Positions 1 through 7,928 of a DNA stretch of 64,000 bases are shown piece after piece (positions within the stretch are counted from its first letter, which is position 1; each line of letters starts with the position of its first letter). This stretch comes from Anaeromyxobacteraceae bacterium (lineage in GTDB: Bacteria; Myxococcota; Myxococcia; Myxococcales; Anaeromyxobacteraceae): assembly GCA_047602405.1 (NCBI GenBank), contig JASGHJ010000002.1:2336001-2400000 (forward strand). Reading direction: 5' to 3'. The notes below the pieces were generated by a model, which ran no database searches, had not been told where the DNA came from, and saw only the letters and a list, made by a program, of their open reading frames with translations. Position numbers and translations under genes: made by a program.

Positions 1-804
1 GAGGCCGCCGCGGTCGCGGGGCGGACCTTCGCGCCGCGGGAGCACCCGGAGCTCCCGGACGCGCTCCGGGCCGGCGGGCACCACCCCGCCCCCGACGACG
101 CCGCCACGCGCCTCCTGCACGACGGCCTCGTGCTGCTGCGCGACGGCCACCCCGCCGAGGCCCGCAGGAAGCTCACCGAGGCGACCCGCGCCGCGCCCGC
201 GGACTTCACCCCCTGGCTCTACCTCGGCGGCGCCGAGGAGAAGCCGGCCCGCGCGGTCGACGCGCTCCGGAAGGCCGCCGCGCTCGCGCCGGGGAGCCCC
301 ACCGTCGCGCGAGCGCTGGGCCTGAAGCTCCTCGCGGCCGGGGACGCCTCCGGGGCCCGCCGGGAGCTCGCGCGCTGCACCGATGTGGCGCCCGCGCTCG
401 GCTTCGGCGAGGCGCTCCTCGGCGAGCTCGCGCTCGAGGGCGGCGACCGGTCCGGGGTCGACGCGCTCCGGGCCGCCTGCCGCGCGAACCCGTTCCTCGC
501 CCCCACCGCCGCGCGCCTCGCCCGCGAGGAGCAGGCCGCGGGCCGGTCCGCCGAGGCCGAGGCCGTGCTCCGCGCGGCGCTCGCGGCGGACCCGCGCGCG
601 TGGCCCGCGCTGCTGGGGCTCGGGCGGCTCTTCCTCGAGACCGGCCGCGCCGCGGAGGCGGTGGCGCCGCTCGAGGCCGCGGTGGAGCGCGCCGAGGATC
701 CGACCCCCGCGCTCGCCCAGCTCGCGAAGGCCTACGCCGGCCTCGGGCGCCTCGACGAGGCGCGGGCCCTGCTCGCTCGGCTCCGCCAGGTCCCTGGGCG
801 GTAG
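1..804 (+). CDS. Tetratricopeptide-repeat protein, 3' part (starts upstream of window)
   Basis: Open frame with repeated TPR-like units (LGRLFLETGRAAEAVAPLEAAVERA; LAKAYAGLGRLDEARALL); stop TAG at 802-804. Confidence 0.75.
   Translation, partial: EAAAVAGRTFAPREHPELPDALRAGGHHPAPDDAATRLLHDGLVLLRDGHPAEARRKLTEATRAAPADFTPWLYLGGAEEKPARAVDALRKAAALAPGSPTVARALGLKLLAAGDASGARRELARCTDVAPALGFGEALLGELALEGGDRSGVDALRAACRANPFLAPTAARLAREEQAAGRSAEAEAVLRAALAADPRAWPALLGLGRLFLETGRAAEAVAPLEAAVERAEDPTPALAQLAKAYAGLGRLDEARALLARLRQVPGR
742..768 (+). repeat. 27-bp direct repeat, copy 1 (end of TPR gene)
   Basis: ctcgggcgcctcgacgaggcgcgggcc, identical to 2357-2383; imperfect similarity extends about 25 bp upstream. Confidence 0.9.
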
Positions 805-815
805 GGGGGCGGCCG

Positions 816-2090
816 TCAGGCCGCCACTGCATGAGGTGATGATCCGTACGCGGCGACCACCTCGCCAGCGACCGGATCGGGAGGCGTATCGTCGTTGGAC
901 GGCGCCTCTCCGCCGCCGTCCTCCGACGCGCGCTCCCGCCGCGCCGCCCGCTCCGCCCGCGCCTCCGCGATCTTCTGCTCGATGAACTCCGGCCCGAACT
1001 TCAGGAACGCGGCGTAGAGGTTATGGGGGAAGCAGTAGGTCAGGAGCTCGTCGACGGTGGACGATCCCGTCACGAGCGCCCCGTCCTTGTGCTCCATGGT
1101 CAGGTTCTCGGTGCTCTCGCACCGATGCCCCTCCTCCTCGCCGAACCGGCACCGGTACCCATCCCGCTCGAGCACCGCCCGCCTCACCTCCGCCAGGACG
1201 GGCTGCCGGATCCCGGGCGTCGGCTCCTTCGCCGGCGCCGGCTTCCGTACACGCGTCGGCTTCAGCAGCCCCCGCTTGCGCTTCTGGGCCTCGAGCGAGT
1301 CGCGAACCATGATCGCGAGGAGCTTCGCCGGCGCGCGGTCCGGCACGACGTTCGCGAGCAGCCCCGCGAGCTCGTCGAACAGCCGGTTCGTTTCCTCGTC
1401 CATGTGCGCCCGGAGCTGGTACTCGTCCTTCGCGACCGGGACGACCTCGCCGCGGTCGGCGCGGCGTGGAGGCGTGACCGGAGCTGCGACGGAGGGCACG
1501 GAGAGCACCAGCGCCGGTGCGACTTCGTTCGCGGCTCCAACCATGTCCGGAAGTAGAGAATTCACCTGAACGGGTGCAGCGGGGTCCGTGACCGCAGCCG
1601 TGGCCGCATCGGTAGCCGTGGCCGAAACCGTAGCCGTGTTGGTGGCCGATGCCGCGCCCGAGGCCCTCGGCAGCCGACGCACCCCGTCCGCAGGCACGTC
1701 CCGCGGCCGGATGGCGACGACGAGTTCGACCGTCTTCCGCTTCGACAGCCACGCCGCCTTGGCGACGAGCTCGTCGTAGTTCTCGGGGGTAAGCACCGAC
1801 GCGAGCACGAGGAGCTGGGTCGGATTCAGACGCCCGGTCTCGAGCTCCGCCTCGAGCCCCGGAAACCGTCGAATGAGCCGCATCGCCGTCACTCGCCCCG
1901 CCGCCGTCCCCTCGCAGAGGTGCCACACCTTCGTGAGGTACTCCCAGGCCGAGCCGCAGTTGAACTCGCAGTAGCCCCGCTCCCGGTCGAGCACGTGAAG
2001 CTTCCGCAGGAACTCGACGAGCCGGTGCCGGTCGCCCGCGATCAGCTCTCCGATCTCCTCGTGCAGCTTCATCATCTTCGGGTTCCGCAT
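816..2090 (-). CDS. DUF222-like / HNH endonuclease-family protein
   Basis: N-terminal RRFPGLEAELETGRL region typical of DUF222-HNH proteins; C-terminal VRRAVLERDGYRC...RC...EH...LLTYCFPHN; GAGGTGA RBS before ATG. Confidence 0.75.
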   Translation of the reverse strand: MRNPKMMKLHEEIGELIAGDRHRLVEFLRKLHVLDRERGYCEFNCGSAWEYLTKVWHLCEGTAAGRVTAMRLIRRFPGLEAELETGRLNPTQLLVLASVLTPENYDELVAKAAWLSKRKTVELVVAIRPRDVPADGVRRLPRASGAASATNTATVSATATDAATAAVTDPAAPVQVNSLLPDMVGAANEVAPALVLSVPSVAAPVTPPRRADRGEVVPVAKDEYQLRAHMDEETNRLFDELAGLLANVVPDRAPAKLLAIMVRDSLEAQKRKRGLLKPTRVRKPAPAKEPTPGIRQPVLAEVRRAVLERDGYRCRFGEEEGHRCESTENLTMEHKDGALVTGSSTVDELLTYCFPHNLYAAFLKFGPEFIEQKIAEARAERAARRERASEDGGGEAPSNDDTPPDPVAGEVVAAYGSSPHAVAA

Positions 2091-2356
2091 GGCTCACCTC
2101 GCGTGACCGGGGGGCGTGAACGCCCGTCCAGTATACATAAACACGTGAAGTGAATATGTCCATGGGTCGCGAGCGTCCCTGAAGGGTTCACCCACAGTCA
2201 CCCATCGCCTGTCGCGACGGTCCGCGGCGCAATCCCGGCCGCCCGTCTCCCCTCACGACTGCTTCACCGTAGTGCGGGCAACCCACCTCAACCCGCCCTG
2301 CGCCGGTCGCGGTTCTCCACCTTGCGAGGAGGCCAGCCCGCAAAGGCCGACGCGGG

Positions 2357-2419
2357 CTCGGGCGCCTCGACGAGGCGCGGGCCTTGCTGCTCGAGTTGAA
2401 GCGGCGGACGGGGCGCTGA
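2357..2419 (+). repeat. Direct repeat copy 2: relic 3' end of the TPR gene (LGRLDEARALLLELKRRTGR*)
   Basis: 27 bp identical to 742-768, followed by an in-frame stop at the same distance (63 nt) as in copy 1. Confidence 0.85.
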
Positions 2420-2428
2420 GGCGCGCCG

Positions 2429-3397
2429 CTACTTGAACACCGTCTTCACCCACGCCTCGGCCTGGTCGAGGTCGTTGCCGAGCGCCTGGACGCGCGCGGG
2501 GCCGAGCCCGATGGCCTTCGCGGCGTCGACCACCTCGGCGGGCGCGGTCGGGTGCGTCCCCGGCTCGCGCCGGAGGAGATCGGCCGCCGAGATCATCCGC
2601 ACGAGCTGCACGAAGGGATCCTTCGTCGCCTGGTGGTGCCCGGCGGCGACGTCGGCGAGCGTGGGCGGGAGCTGCCAGATGCGGTGCATCTCGGTGCCGA
2701 GCTCCACGTGCACGAGGTGGAGCGCGCGGCGGACCTCGGCGGCGGGCAAGGTGCGGAGCTTCCCGTACTCGGTGAGCTCGGAGACCGAGCGCATGCCAAC
2801 GCCCTTGCCGACGTCGTGGAGGAGCCCGGCCATGAAGACCTGCTCCGCGCCGGGGTTCGCGGCGAGCTTCTGCTTGGCGAGATCGGCCGCGCAGCGCGCC
2901 ACGGTGGCGGCGTGCATGAAGAGCTCGGTCCAGATCGGCTCGTAGGCCTTCTGGTTGCCGCCCGACTCCGGGCTGTAGAGCGACTTCATCGAGATCGCGG
3001 CGGCGAGCCGGGCGACCTCCGACATGCCGAGGCGCGCGACCGCCTCCTTCACGGTGTCGATGCGGCGCACCGCGCGGTAGACCGCCGAGTTCGCGAGCGC
3101 GAGCACGCCGCCGGCGAGCGCGCCGTCGACGCGGATGTACTTCGAGAGCTCCCCGAGGTCGACGTCCGGGTACCGGACGAGCTCGAGGATCTGCATCGCG
3201 ATCGAAGGGAACGCGGCCGGGCCGGGCCGGGCGACCTCGAAGTGCGCCCGGATGGCCTCGACGGTGCGCTGCTCCTCGGCGGTGACGTCGGGCTCGGGTG
3301 CTGCGAGCGCGGCGACATCGACCGAGAGCGCCTGCGCCCAGGCCTCGGGCGGCGCGTCGGGGCTCGTGGGGAGCGGTGGCGTGGGAGCGGCGCTCAT
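2429..3397 (-). CDS. HDOD domain protein
   Basis: FPSIAMQIL, DGALAGGVLALANS, IDTVKEAVARLG, FMAGLLHDVGK motifs. Confidence 0.9.
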   Translation of the reverse strand: MSAAPTPPLPTSPDAPPEAWAQALSVDVAALAAPEPDVTAEEQRTVEAIRAHFEVARPGPAAFPSIAMQILELVRYPDVDLGELSKYIRVDGALAGGVLALANSAVYRAVRRIDTVKEAVARLGMSEVARLAAAISMKSLYSPESGGNQKAYEPIWTELFMHAATVARCAADLAKQKLAANPGAEQVFMAGLLHDVGKGVGMRSVSELTEYGKLRTLPAAEVRRALHLVHVELGTEMHRIWQLPPTLADVAAGHHQATKDPFVQLVRMISAADLLRREPGTHPTAPAEVVDAAKAIGLGPARVQALGNDLDQAEAWVKTVFK

Positions 3398-3831
3398 GGC
3401 GATTCCTTACCACTCCCCGGGCCCGAAATCGAAGGCGAAGCCGGCCCGACCCGGACCATCCGCTCGAAGAGCCGGTCCAGGGCGCGTAGGGGATCGTCGC
3501 ACAGCCCGGAGTGCACCGGCGAGACCTGCACGATGGTGCTCCGCGGCGCGACGAGCCAGTGCCAGCGCTCCCGGGCGGAGAGCCTGCCGATGGGGCCGGC
3601 CGCCGGGCCGCCCTCGCAGATGCGGGGGATGACCGCGAGGTGCTCCTCCACGACGGCGGGGTCGGTGTCCGGCGAGAGCGCGGCGAGGCGCCCCCGGTCG
3701 AGCGCGACCCGGGCCGAGAGCACGCCCTTCTCCAGGCAGAAGAGGATGACCCCGGCGTTCAGGAACTCCTCGCGCTCGACGCGCGGGACCACCCGGACGA
3801 CGGCGTAGTCAAACGAGGGCGGCGCGGGCAC
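3394..3831 (-). CDS. DUF3037 domain protein
   Basis: FDYAVVRVVPRVEREEFLNAGVIL and RWHWLVAPRSTIVQVSPVHSGLC; ATGA overlap with HDOD gene. Confidence 0.9.
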   Translation of the reverse strand: MPAPPSFDYAVVRVVPRVEREEFLNAGVILFCLEKGVLSARVALDRGRLAALSPDTDPAVVEEHLAVIPRICEGGPAAGPIGRLSARERWHWLVAPRSTIVQVSPVHSGLCDDPLRALDRLFERMVRVGPASPSISGPGSGKESP

Positions 3832-4570
3832 GTTCCGCCTCCTCGAGCCAGAGGTCCGACGCCTCGAGGCGCCGGGCGAGGTGTTCGACGTAGGCCGCGC
3901 GGTCCGGGCCGTCCGCGGAGAGCCAGGCGTCCGGCACGGCGGCGAGCACGGCCGCGATCGCAGGCCGGGTCGCTTTCGCGCGCAGCGCGGCGACGGCGGC
4001 CGGCAACGCCGTCGCCCACGGCAGGAGCACGTGGTCCTTCACGAGCGGGTACGCCGAGCGCGCGGTGTCCTTCCTCGCGTCCCAGGCGTGGTGGAAGTGC
4101 AGCGCGGCGCCGTGGTCGATGAGCCAGAGCTGCCGGTGCCAGAGGAGGAGGTTCGTGTTTCTCGGCGTGCGGTCGACGTTCTGGACCCAGGCGTCGAGCG
4201 CGACCACCGCGGACGCGAGCGCCGGGGCCGGGGCGGGGCCCGCGACCGGGTCGAACGTCACGCTGCCGGGGAGGTAGTCGACGCCGAGGTTCGTCCCGGC
4301 GCTCGCCTTGAGGAGCTGGCGGATCTCGTAGTCGGGCTCGTTGCGGCCGAGGGCCGGGTCGAGCGCGAGGAGGACGAGCTCCGGGACCCGCAGGCCGGCG
4401 AGCCGGGCGAGCTCGCCCGCGATGAGCTCGGCGACGAGGGCCTTCTCGCCCTGCCCCGCGCCGCGGAACTTCGCGACGTACAGCCCGTCGTCGTCCCCCT
4501 CCACGATGGCCGGCAGGGAGCCGCCCTCGCGGAGCGGGGTGACGTAGCGGGTGGCGTGGACCGTGCGCAC
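3809..4570 (-). CDS. HipA-family kinase-like protein
   Basis: YVTPLREGGSLP, YVAKFRGAGQG, NVDRTPRNTNLL, LIDHGAAL; overlaps the DUF3037 gene. Confidence 0.85.
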   Translation of the reverse strand: MRTVHATRYVTPLREGGSLPAIVEGDDDGLYVAKFRGAGQGEKALVAELIAGELARLAGLRVPELVLLALDPALGRNEPDYEIRQLLKASAGTNLGVDYLPGSVTFDPVAGPAPAPALASAVVALDAWVQNVDRTPRNTNLLLWHRQLWLIDHGAALHFHHAWDARKDTARSAYPLVKDHVLLPWATALPAAVAALRAKATRPAIAAVLAAVPDAWLSADGPDRAAYVEHLARRLEASDLWLEEAERARAALV

Positions 4571-4607
4571 CGGGAGAACCTATCACCGGAGGCGCTCCGG
4601 GTCCGTA

Positions 4608-4653
4608 CGTCCCGAGCGTGGCGGTGGTGCAGCCACCGCGGAGACGAGGGACG
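4608..4653 (+). repeat. REP-like palindrome, family A
   Basis: cgtccc-gagcg-[gcggtgg..ccaccgc]-..cga-gggacg; same architecture as the reverse complement of 33717-33756. Confidence 0.7.
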
Positions 4654-4655
4654 CC

Positions 4656-4919
4656 CTACGGCATGTCCGAGAGCCCGCCGCCGTTCACGACGTCGGTCCA
4701 GCCGTTCGCCTTCAGCATGCGGGCCGCGAAGGCGCTGCGGGCGCCGGACGCGCAGTAGAGCACCACCGGCCGGTCCTTCGGGATCTCGCCGGCCCGGCTG
4801 CCGAGGTCCTGCACCGGGATGTTGACCGCGTTCGGGTAGGCCCCGTCCGCGAACTCCTCGGGGGTGCGGACGTCCACGATGACCGCCCCCGCGTTGATCT
4901 TGTCCTTTATCGCGCTCAT
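4656..4919 (-). CDS. Single-domain rhodanese / sulfurtransferase
   Basis: IVDVRTPEEFADG, NAVNIP, LYCASGARS. Confidence 0.9.
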   Translation of the reverse strand: MSAIKDKINAGAVIVDVRTPEEFADGAYPNAVNIPVQDLGSRAGEIPKDRPVVLYCASGARSAFAARMLKANGWTDVVNGGGLSDMP

Positions 4920-4928
4920 GTCCCTCTC

Positions 4929-6617
4929 CTAATCGCCCGTCTGGATGGTGTGCACGCCCTCGGCGAGCACGCTCGTCATGCCGCCGGTCACGTTGACCAC
5001 GTCGGCGAAGCCCTTGCCCTTCAGGATCCGGAGCGCGAGGTGCGCCCGGAACCCGCTCTTGCAGACCACCGCGATCTTCCGGTCGCGCGGCAGCGACTCG
5101 AGCTCGAAGCGGAGCTCGTCCACCGGCACGTTCCGCGCGCCCGCGACGTGGCCCCGCTCGTACTCGGTGCCGTTCCGCACGTCGAGGACGAGCGGCGGGT
5201 TCGCCCCGTCGAGGGCGGCCCGGAGCTGCCCCGCCGTCATGAGCGGCGCATGCCCCTTCACGTCGTTGAGCCCCACCATCGCGACGAGGTTCACGGGATC
5301 GTTCGCCGACGAGTACGGCGGCGCATAGGCGAGGTCGAGCTCCTCGAGGTCGTGGAGCGTCATCCCGCCCTGGAGCGCGGTCGCGAGCACGTCGATGCGC
5401 TTGTCCGCGCCGGCGTGGCCGAAGGCCTGGCCGCCGAGGAGCTTCGCGGTCTTCCGGTCGTAGACGACCTTGAGGAGGAGCTCCTGCGCGCCCGGGTAGT
5501 AGCCGGCGTGGTGGTCCTTGTGGATGACCGCCACGCCCACGTCGAGGCCGGCCTCGCGGGCCGCGCGCTCGGAGAGGCCGGTCATGCCCGCGGTGGCCTC
5601 GAACACCTTCACGACCGAGGTGCCGAGCGCGCCGTGGTAGCGCAGGTCCCCGCCGAGCGCGTTCGTGGCCGCGATGCGGCCCTGGCGGTTCGCGGGGCCG
5701 GCGAGCGGGATGCGCGCGCGCTTCCCGGAGATCTTGTGGAGGACCTCGACCATGTCGCCGGCCGCGAGCACGTCGGGGTCGCTCGTCTCGAGCCGGTCGT
5801 TCACGAGGAGCGCGCCGGTGGGGCCGATCTCGAGGCCGGCCGCCCGCGCGAGCGCGAGCTCGGGCCGCACGCCGACCGAGAGGAGCACCACCTCGGCCGG
5901 GAGCCGCCGCCCGTCGGCGAGCTCGAGGGTCTTCTCCTCGGGGTGGACGGCCTTCACGCCCACGCCGGTCACCACCTTCACGCCGTTCGCCTCGAGCTCG
6001 CCCTGCACGCGGTGGCCGAGCTCGGCGTCCATGACGGCCATCACCGTCGGGAGGAGCTCCACGACCGTGACCTCGAGGCCGCGGCGCCTGAGCGCCTCGG
6101 CCATCTCGAGCCCGATGAACCCGCCTCCGACGACGACCGCGGTGCGGGGCTTCTCCGTGTCGAGGAAGCCGTGGATCCGGTCGGTGTCCGGCACGGTCCA
6201 GAGCTGGAAGACGTGCGGCGCATCCACGCCGGGCAAGGGCGGCTTCACCGGGTTGCCGCCCTGGGCGAGGATGAGCTTGTCGTACTGCAACCACTCCTCA
6301 CGCTGTGTTGCCGCTGCGCCGGCTGGCGGCCCCTTCACGCGGACCCGCTTCCCGGCCCGGTCGAGCTCGAGCGCCTCGGTCTTCACCTTGACCTTGACCC
6401 CGTACCGCGCGTCGAAGCCCTCCGGCGTCTGGAGCAGGAGCTGGGACCGCTTCTGGATGTCCCGGGCGATGAAGTACGGCAGGCCGCAGTTCGCGTAGGA
6501 GACGTACGGCCCCCGCTCGAGGACGGTGATCTCCGCCTCCTCGTCGAGCCGCCGCGCGCGCGCCGCGGCGGTGGCCCCGCCCGCGACACCGCCGATGATC
6601 AGGATCCGCCTGGCCAT
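4929..6617 (-). CDS. CoA-disulfide/persulfide reductase with C-terminal rhodanese domain
   Basis: GGVAGG FAD motif, SYANCGLPY redox Cys, GGGFIGLE, LAYAPPYS, C-terminal LDVR...VCKSGFRA; AAGGAG RBS supports ATG 6617. Confidence 0.9.
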   Translation of the reverse strand: MARRILIIGGVAGGATAAARARRLDEEAEITVLERGPYVSYANCGLPYFIARDIQKRSQLLLQTPEGFDARYGVKVKVKTEALELDRAGKRVRVKGPPAGAAATQREEWLQYDKLILAQGGNPVKPPLPGVDAPHVFQLWTVPDTDRIHGFLDTEKPRTAVVVGGGFIGLEMAEALRRRGLEVTVVELLPTVMAVMDAELGHRVQGELEANGVKVVTGVGVKAVHPEEKTLELADGRRLPAEVVLLSVGVRPELALARAAGLEIGPTGALLVNDRLETSDPDVLAAGDMVEVLHKISGKRARIPLAGPANRQGRIAATNALGGDLRYHGALGTSVVKVFEATAGMTGLSERAAREAGLDVGVAVIHKDHHAGYYPGAQELLLKVVYDRKTAKLLGGQAFGHAGADKRIDVLATALQGGMTLHDLEELDLAYAPPYSSANDPVNLVAMVGLNDVKGHAPLMTAGQLRAALDGANPPLVLDVRNGTEYERGHVAGARNVPVDELRFELESLPRDRKIAVVCKSGFRAHLALRILKGKGFADVVNVTGGMTSVLAEGVHTIQTGD

Positions 6618-6730
6618 TTTCCCGTCTCCTTCCGCAACCATCAGAGCCGCCCGCCTCTGAAAGGGTTCGCGCGCTCGCCGCGTCGCGCCATGACGATACC
6701 GTGACCTTCGGGGCGCTCAATGGGAACCAC

Positions 6731-7390
6731 ATGAGCACCGCCATCGCCGCCGACCGCCCGAAGCCGCTCCTCCGCGGCGTCTCCCACGAGATCGCCGCCT
6801 TCGTCGTCGCCCCCGCGGCGCTCGCGCTCGTCGCCGCGGCCCGCGGCGCCTCCGCGGTCGCCGGCGCCGCCGTCTACGGGCTGAGCGTCTTCCTGCTCTT
6901 CCTCATCTCGGCGACGTACCACCGGCCGATGTGGACGCCCCGCGCGCGCCTCATCATGCAGCGCCTCGACCACTCCGCCATCTTCGTGCTCATCGCCGGC
7001 ACGTACACGCCCTTCTGCCTGCTCCTCGGCGCGAACGGCACCGCGATGCTGGTCGGCGTCTGGGTGGGCGCGCTCCTCGGCGTCGCGATGAGCCTCTTCT
7101 GGCCGAAGGCGCCGAAGCCGCTCGTCGCGCTCGTGGCGGTGCTGCTCGGCTGGCAAATCCTCCCGCTCACGCCGGCGCTCAAGGGCACCATCGGCCCCGA
7201 GTCGCTCGTGCTCCTCCTCGCGGGCGGCGTCCTCTACACCATCGGCGCCCTCGTCTACGCCACGCGCCGGCCCGATCCGGCGCCGCGCATCTTCGGCTTC
7301 CACGAGATCTTCCACCTCTTCGTCGTCGCCGCGGCGGTCTGCCACTTCGCGGCGGTGCGCCAGGCGGTGTCGGCGCTCTCGGGCGCCTGA
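6731..7390 (+). CDS. Hemolysin III / PAQR family membrane protein
   Basis: KPLLRGVSH, SATYH, RLDHSAIFVLIAGTYTP, FGFHEIFHLFV. Confidence 0.9.
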   Translation: MSTAIAADRPKPLLRGVSHEIAAFVVAPAALALVAAARGASAVAGAAVYGLSVFLLFLISATYHRPMWTPRARLIMQRLDHSAIFVLIAGTYTPFCLLLGANGTAMLVGVWVGALLGVAMSLFWPKAPKPLVALVAVLLGWQILPLTPALKGTIGPESLVLLLAGGVLYTIGALVYATRRPDPAPRIFGFHEIFHLFVVAAAVCHFAAVRQAVSALSGA

Positions 7391-7422
7391 AGCGGCCCGC
7401 GCGGCGGGCCCGGCGACGCAGG

Positions 7423-7926
7423 CTACGGGCAGGCCTTCAGGACGAGCCCCTCGCCGGTCACCCGGCCCGCGGCGCCCTGGAACCCGACGTCCACGGCCGT
7501 CAGCGTGACGGTGCCGTCCGACGCCTGGGTCCACGCGACGCTCCCGTCGGCCGCGTCGTACCCGAGCGTCGCGACGTCGCGCGCGTAGCCGGTCACCGCG
7601 CCGACCGCCTCGCCCGCCGCGGGCGCCGCCTTCGGCGCGGTCACCACCGCCTGGCTCGCGCCGCCCGCCTGCGGCGCGACCCGGAGCGCGAGGAGCGTCC
7701 ACTGCGTCTGCGGCACCGCGCTGATCGCGGCGCAGGTGTCCGGCTGATCCGAGACGTACAGCGCGAGCCCGTAGGCCGTCTGCACGGCCGCGCCGGAGAC
7801 CGCGTGCAGCTCGAGCCCGCCGACCGTGAAGCGAAGGTCCCCGTCCGGCCCTCCCTGCACCGGCGGGTTCGAGCACCCGGCGGCGAGGGCGCCCGCGAGG
7901 GCGAGGGCGGCGGGGGCGCGCTTCAC
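7423..7926 (-). CDS. Hypothetical lipoprotein
   Basis: GTG start 2 nt after the upstream stop; KR-hydrophobic-LAAGC lipobox; beta-rich mature part. Confidence 0.65.
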   Translation of the reverse strand: MKRAPAALALAGALAAGCSNPPVQGGPDGDLRFTVGGLELHAVSGAAVQTAYGLALYVSDQPDTCAAISAVPQTQWTLLALRVAPQAGGASQAVVTAPKAAPAAGEAVGAVTGYARDVATLGYDAADGSVAWTQASDGTVTLTAVDVGFQGAAGRVTGEGLVLKACP

Positions 7927-7928
7927 GC

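Noticed and set aside
1588..1650. Short tandem-like repeats in the HNH gene
   Set aside because: Low-complexity Ala/Thr linker coding
2128..2146. SOS-box-like AT-rich sequence upstream of the HNH gene
   Set aside because: gTGT-N8-ACtG mismatches both conserved halves of the E. coli box, and the LexA motif of this lineage may differ
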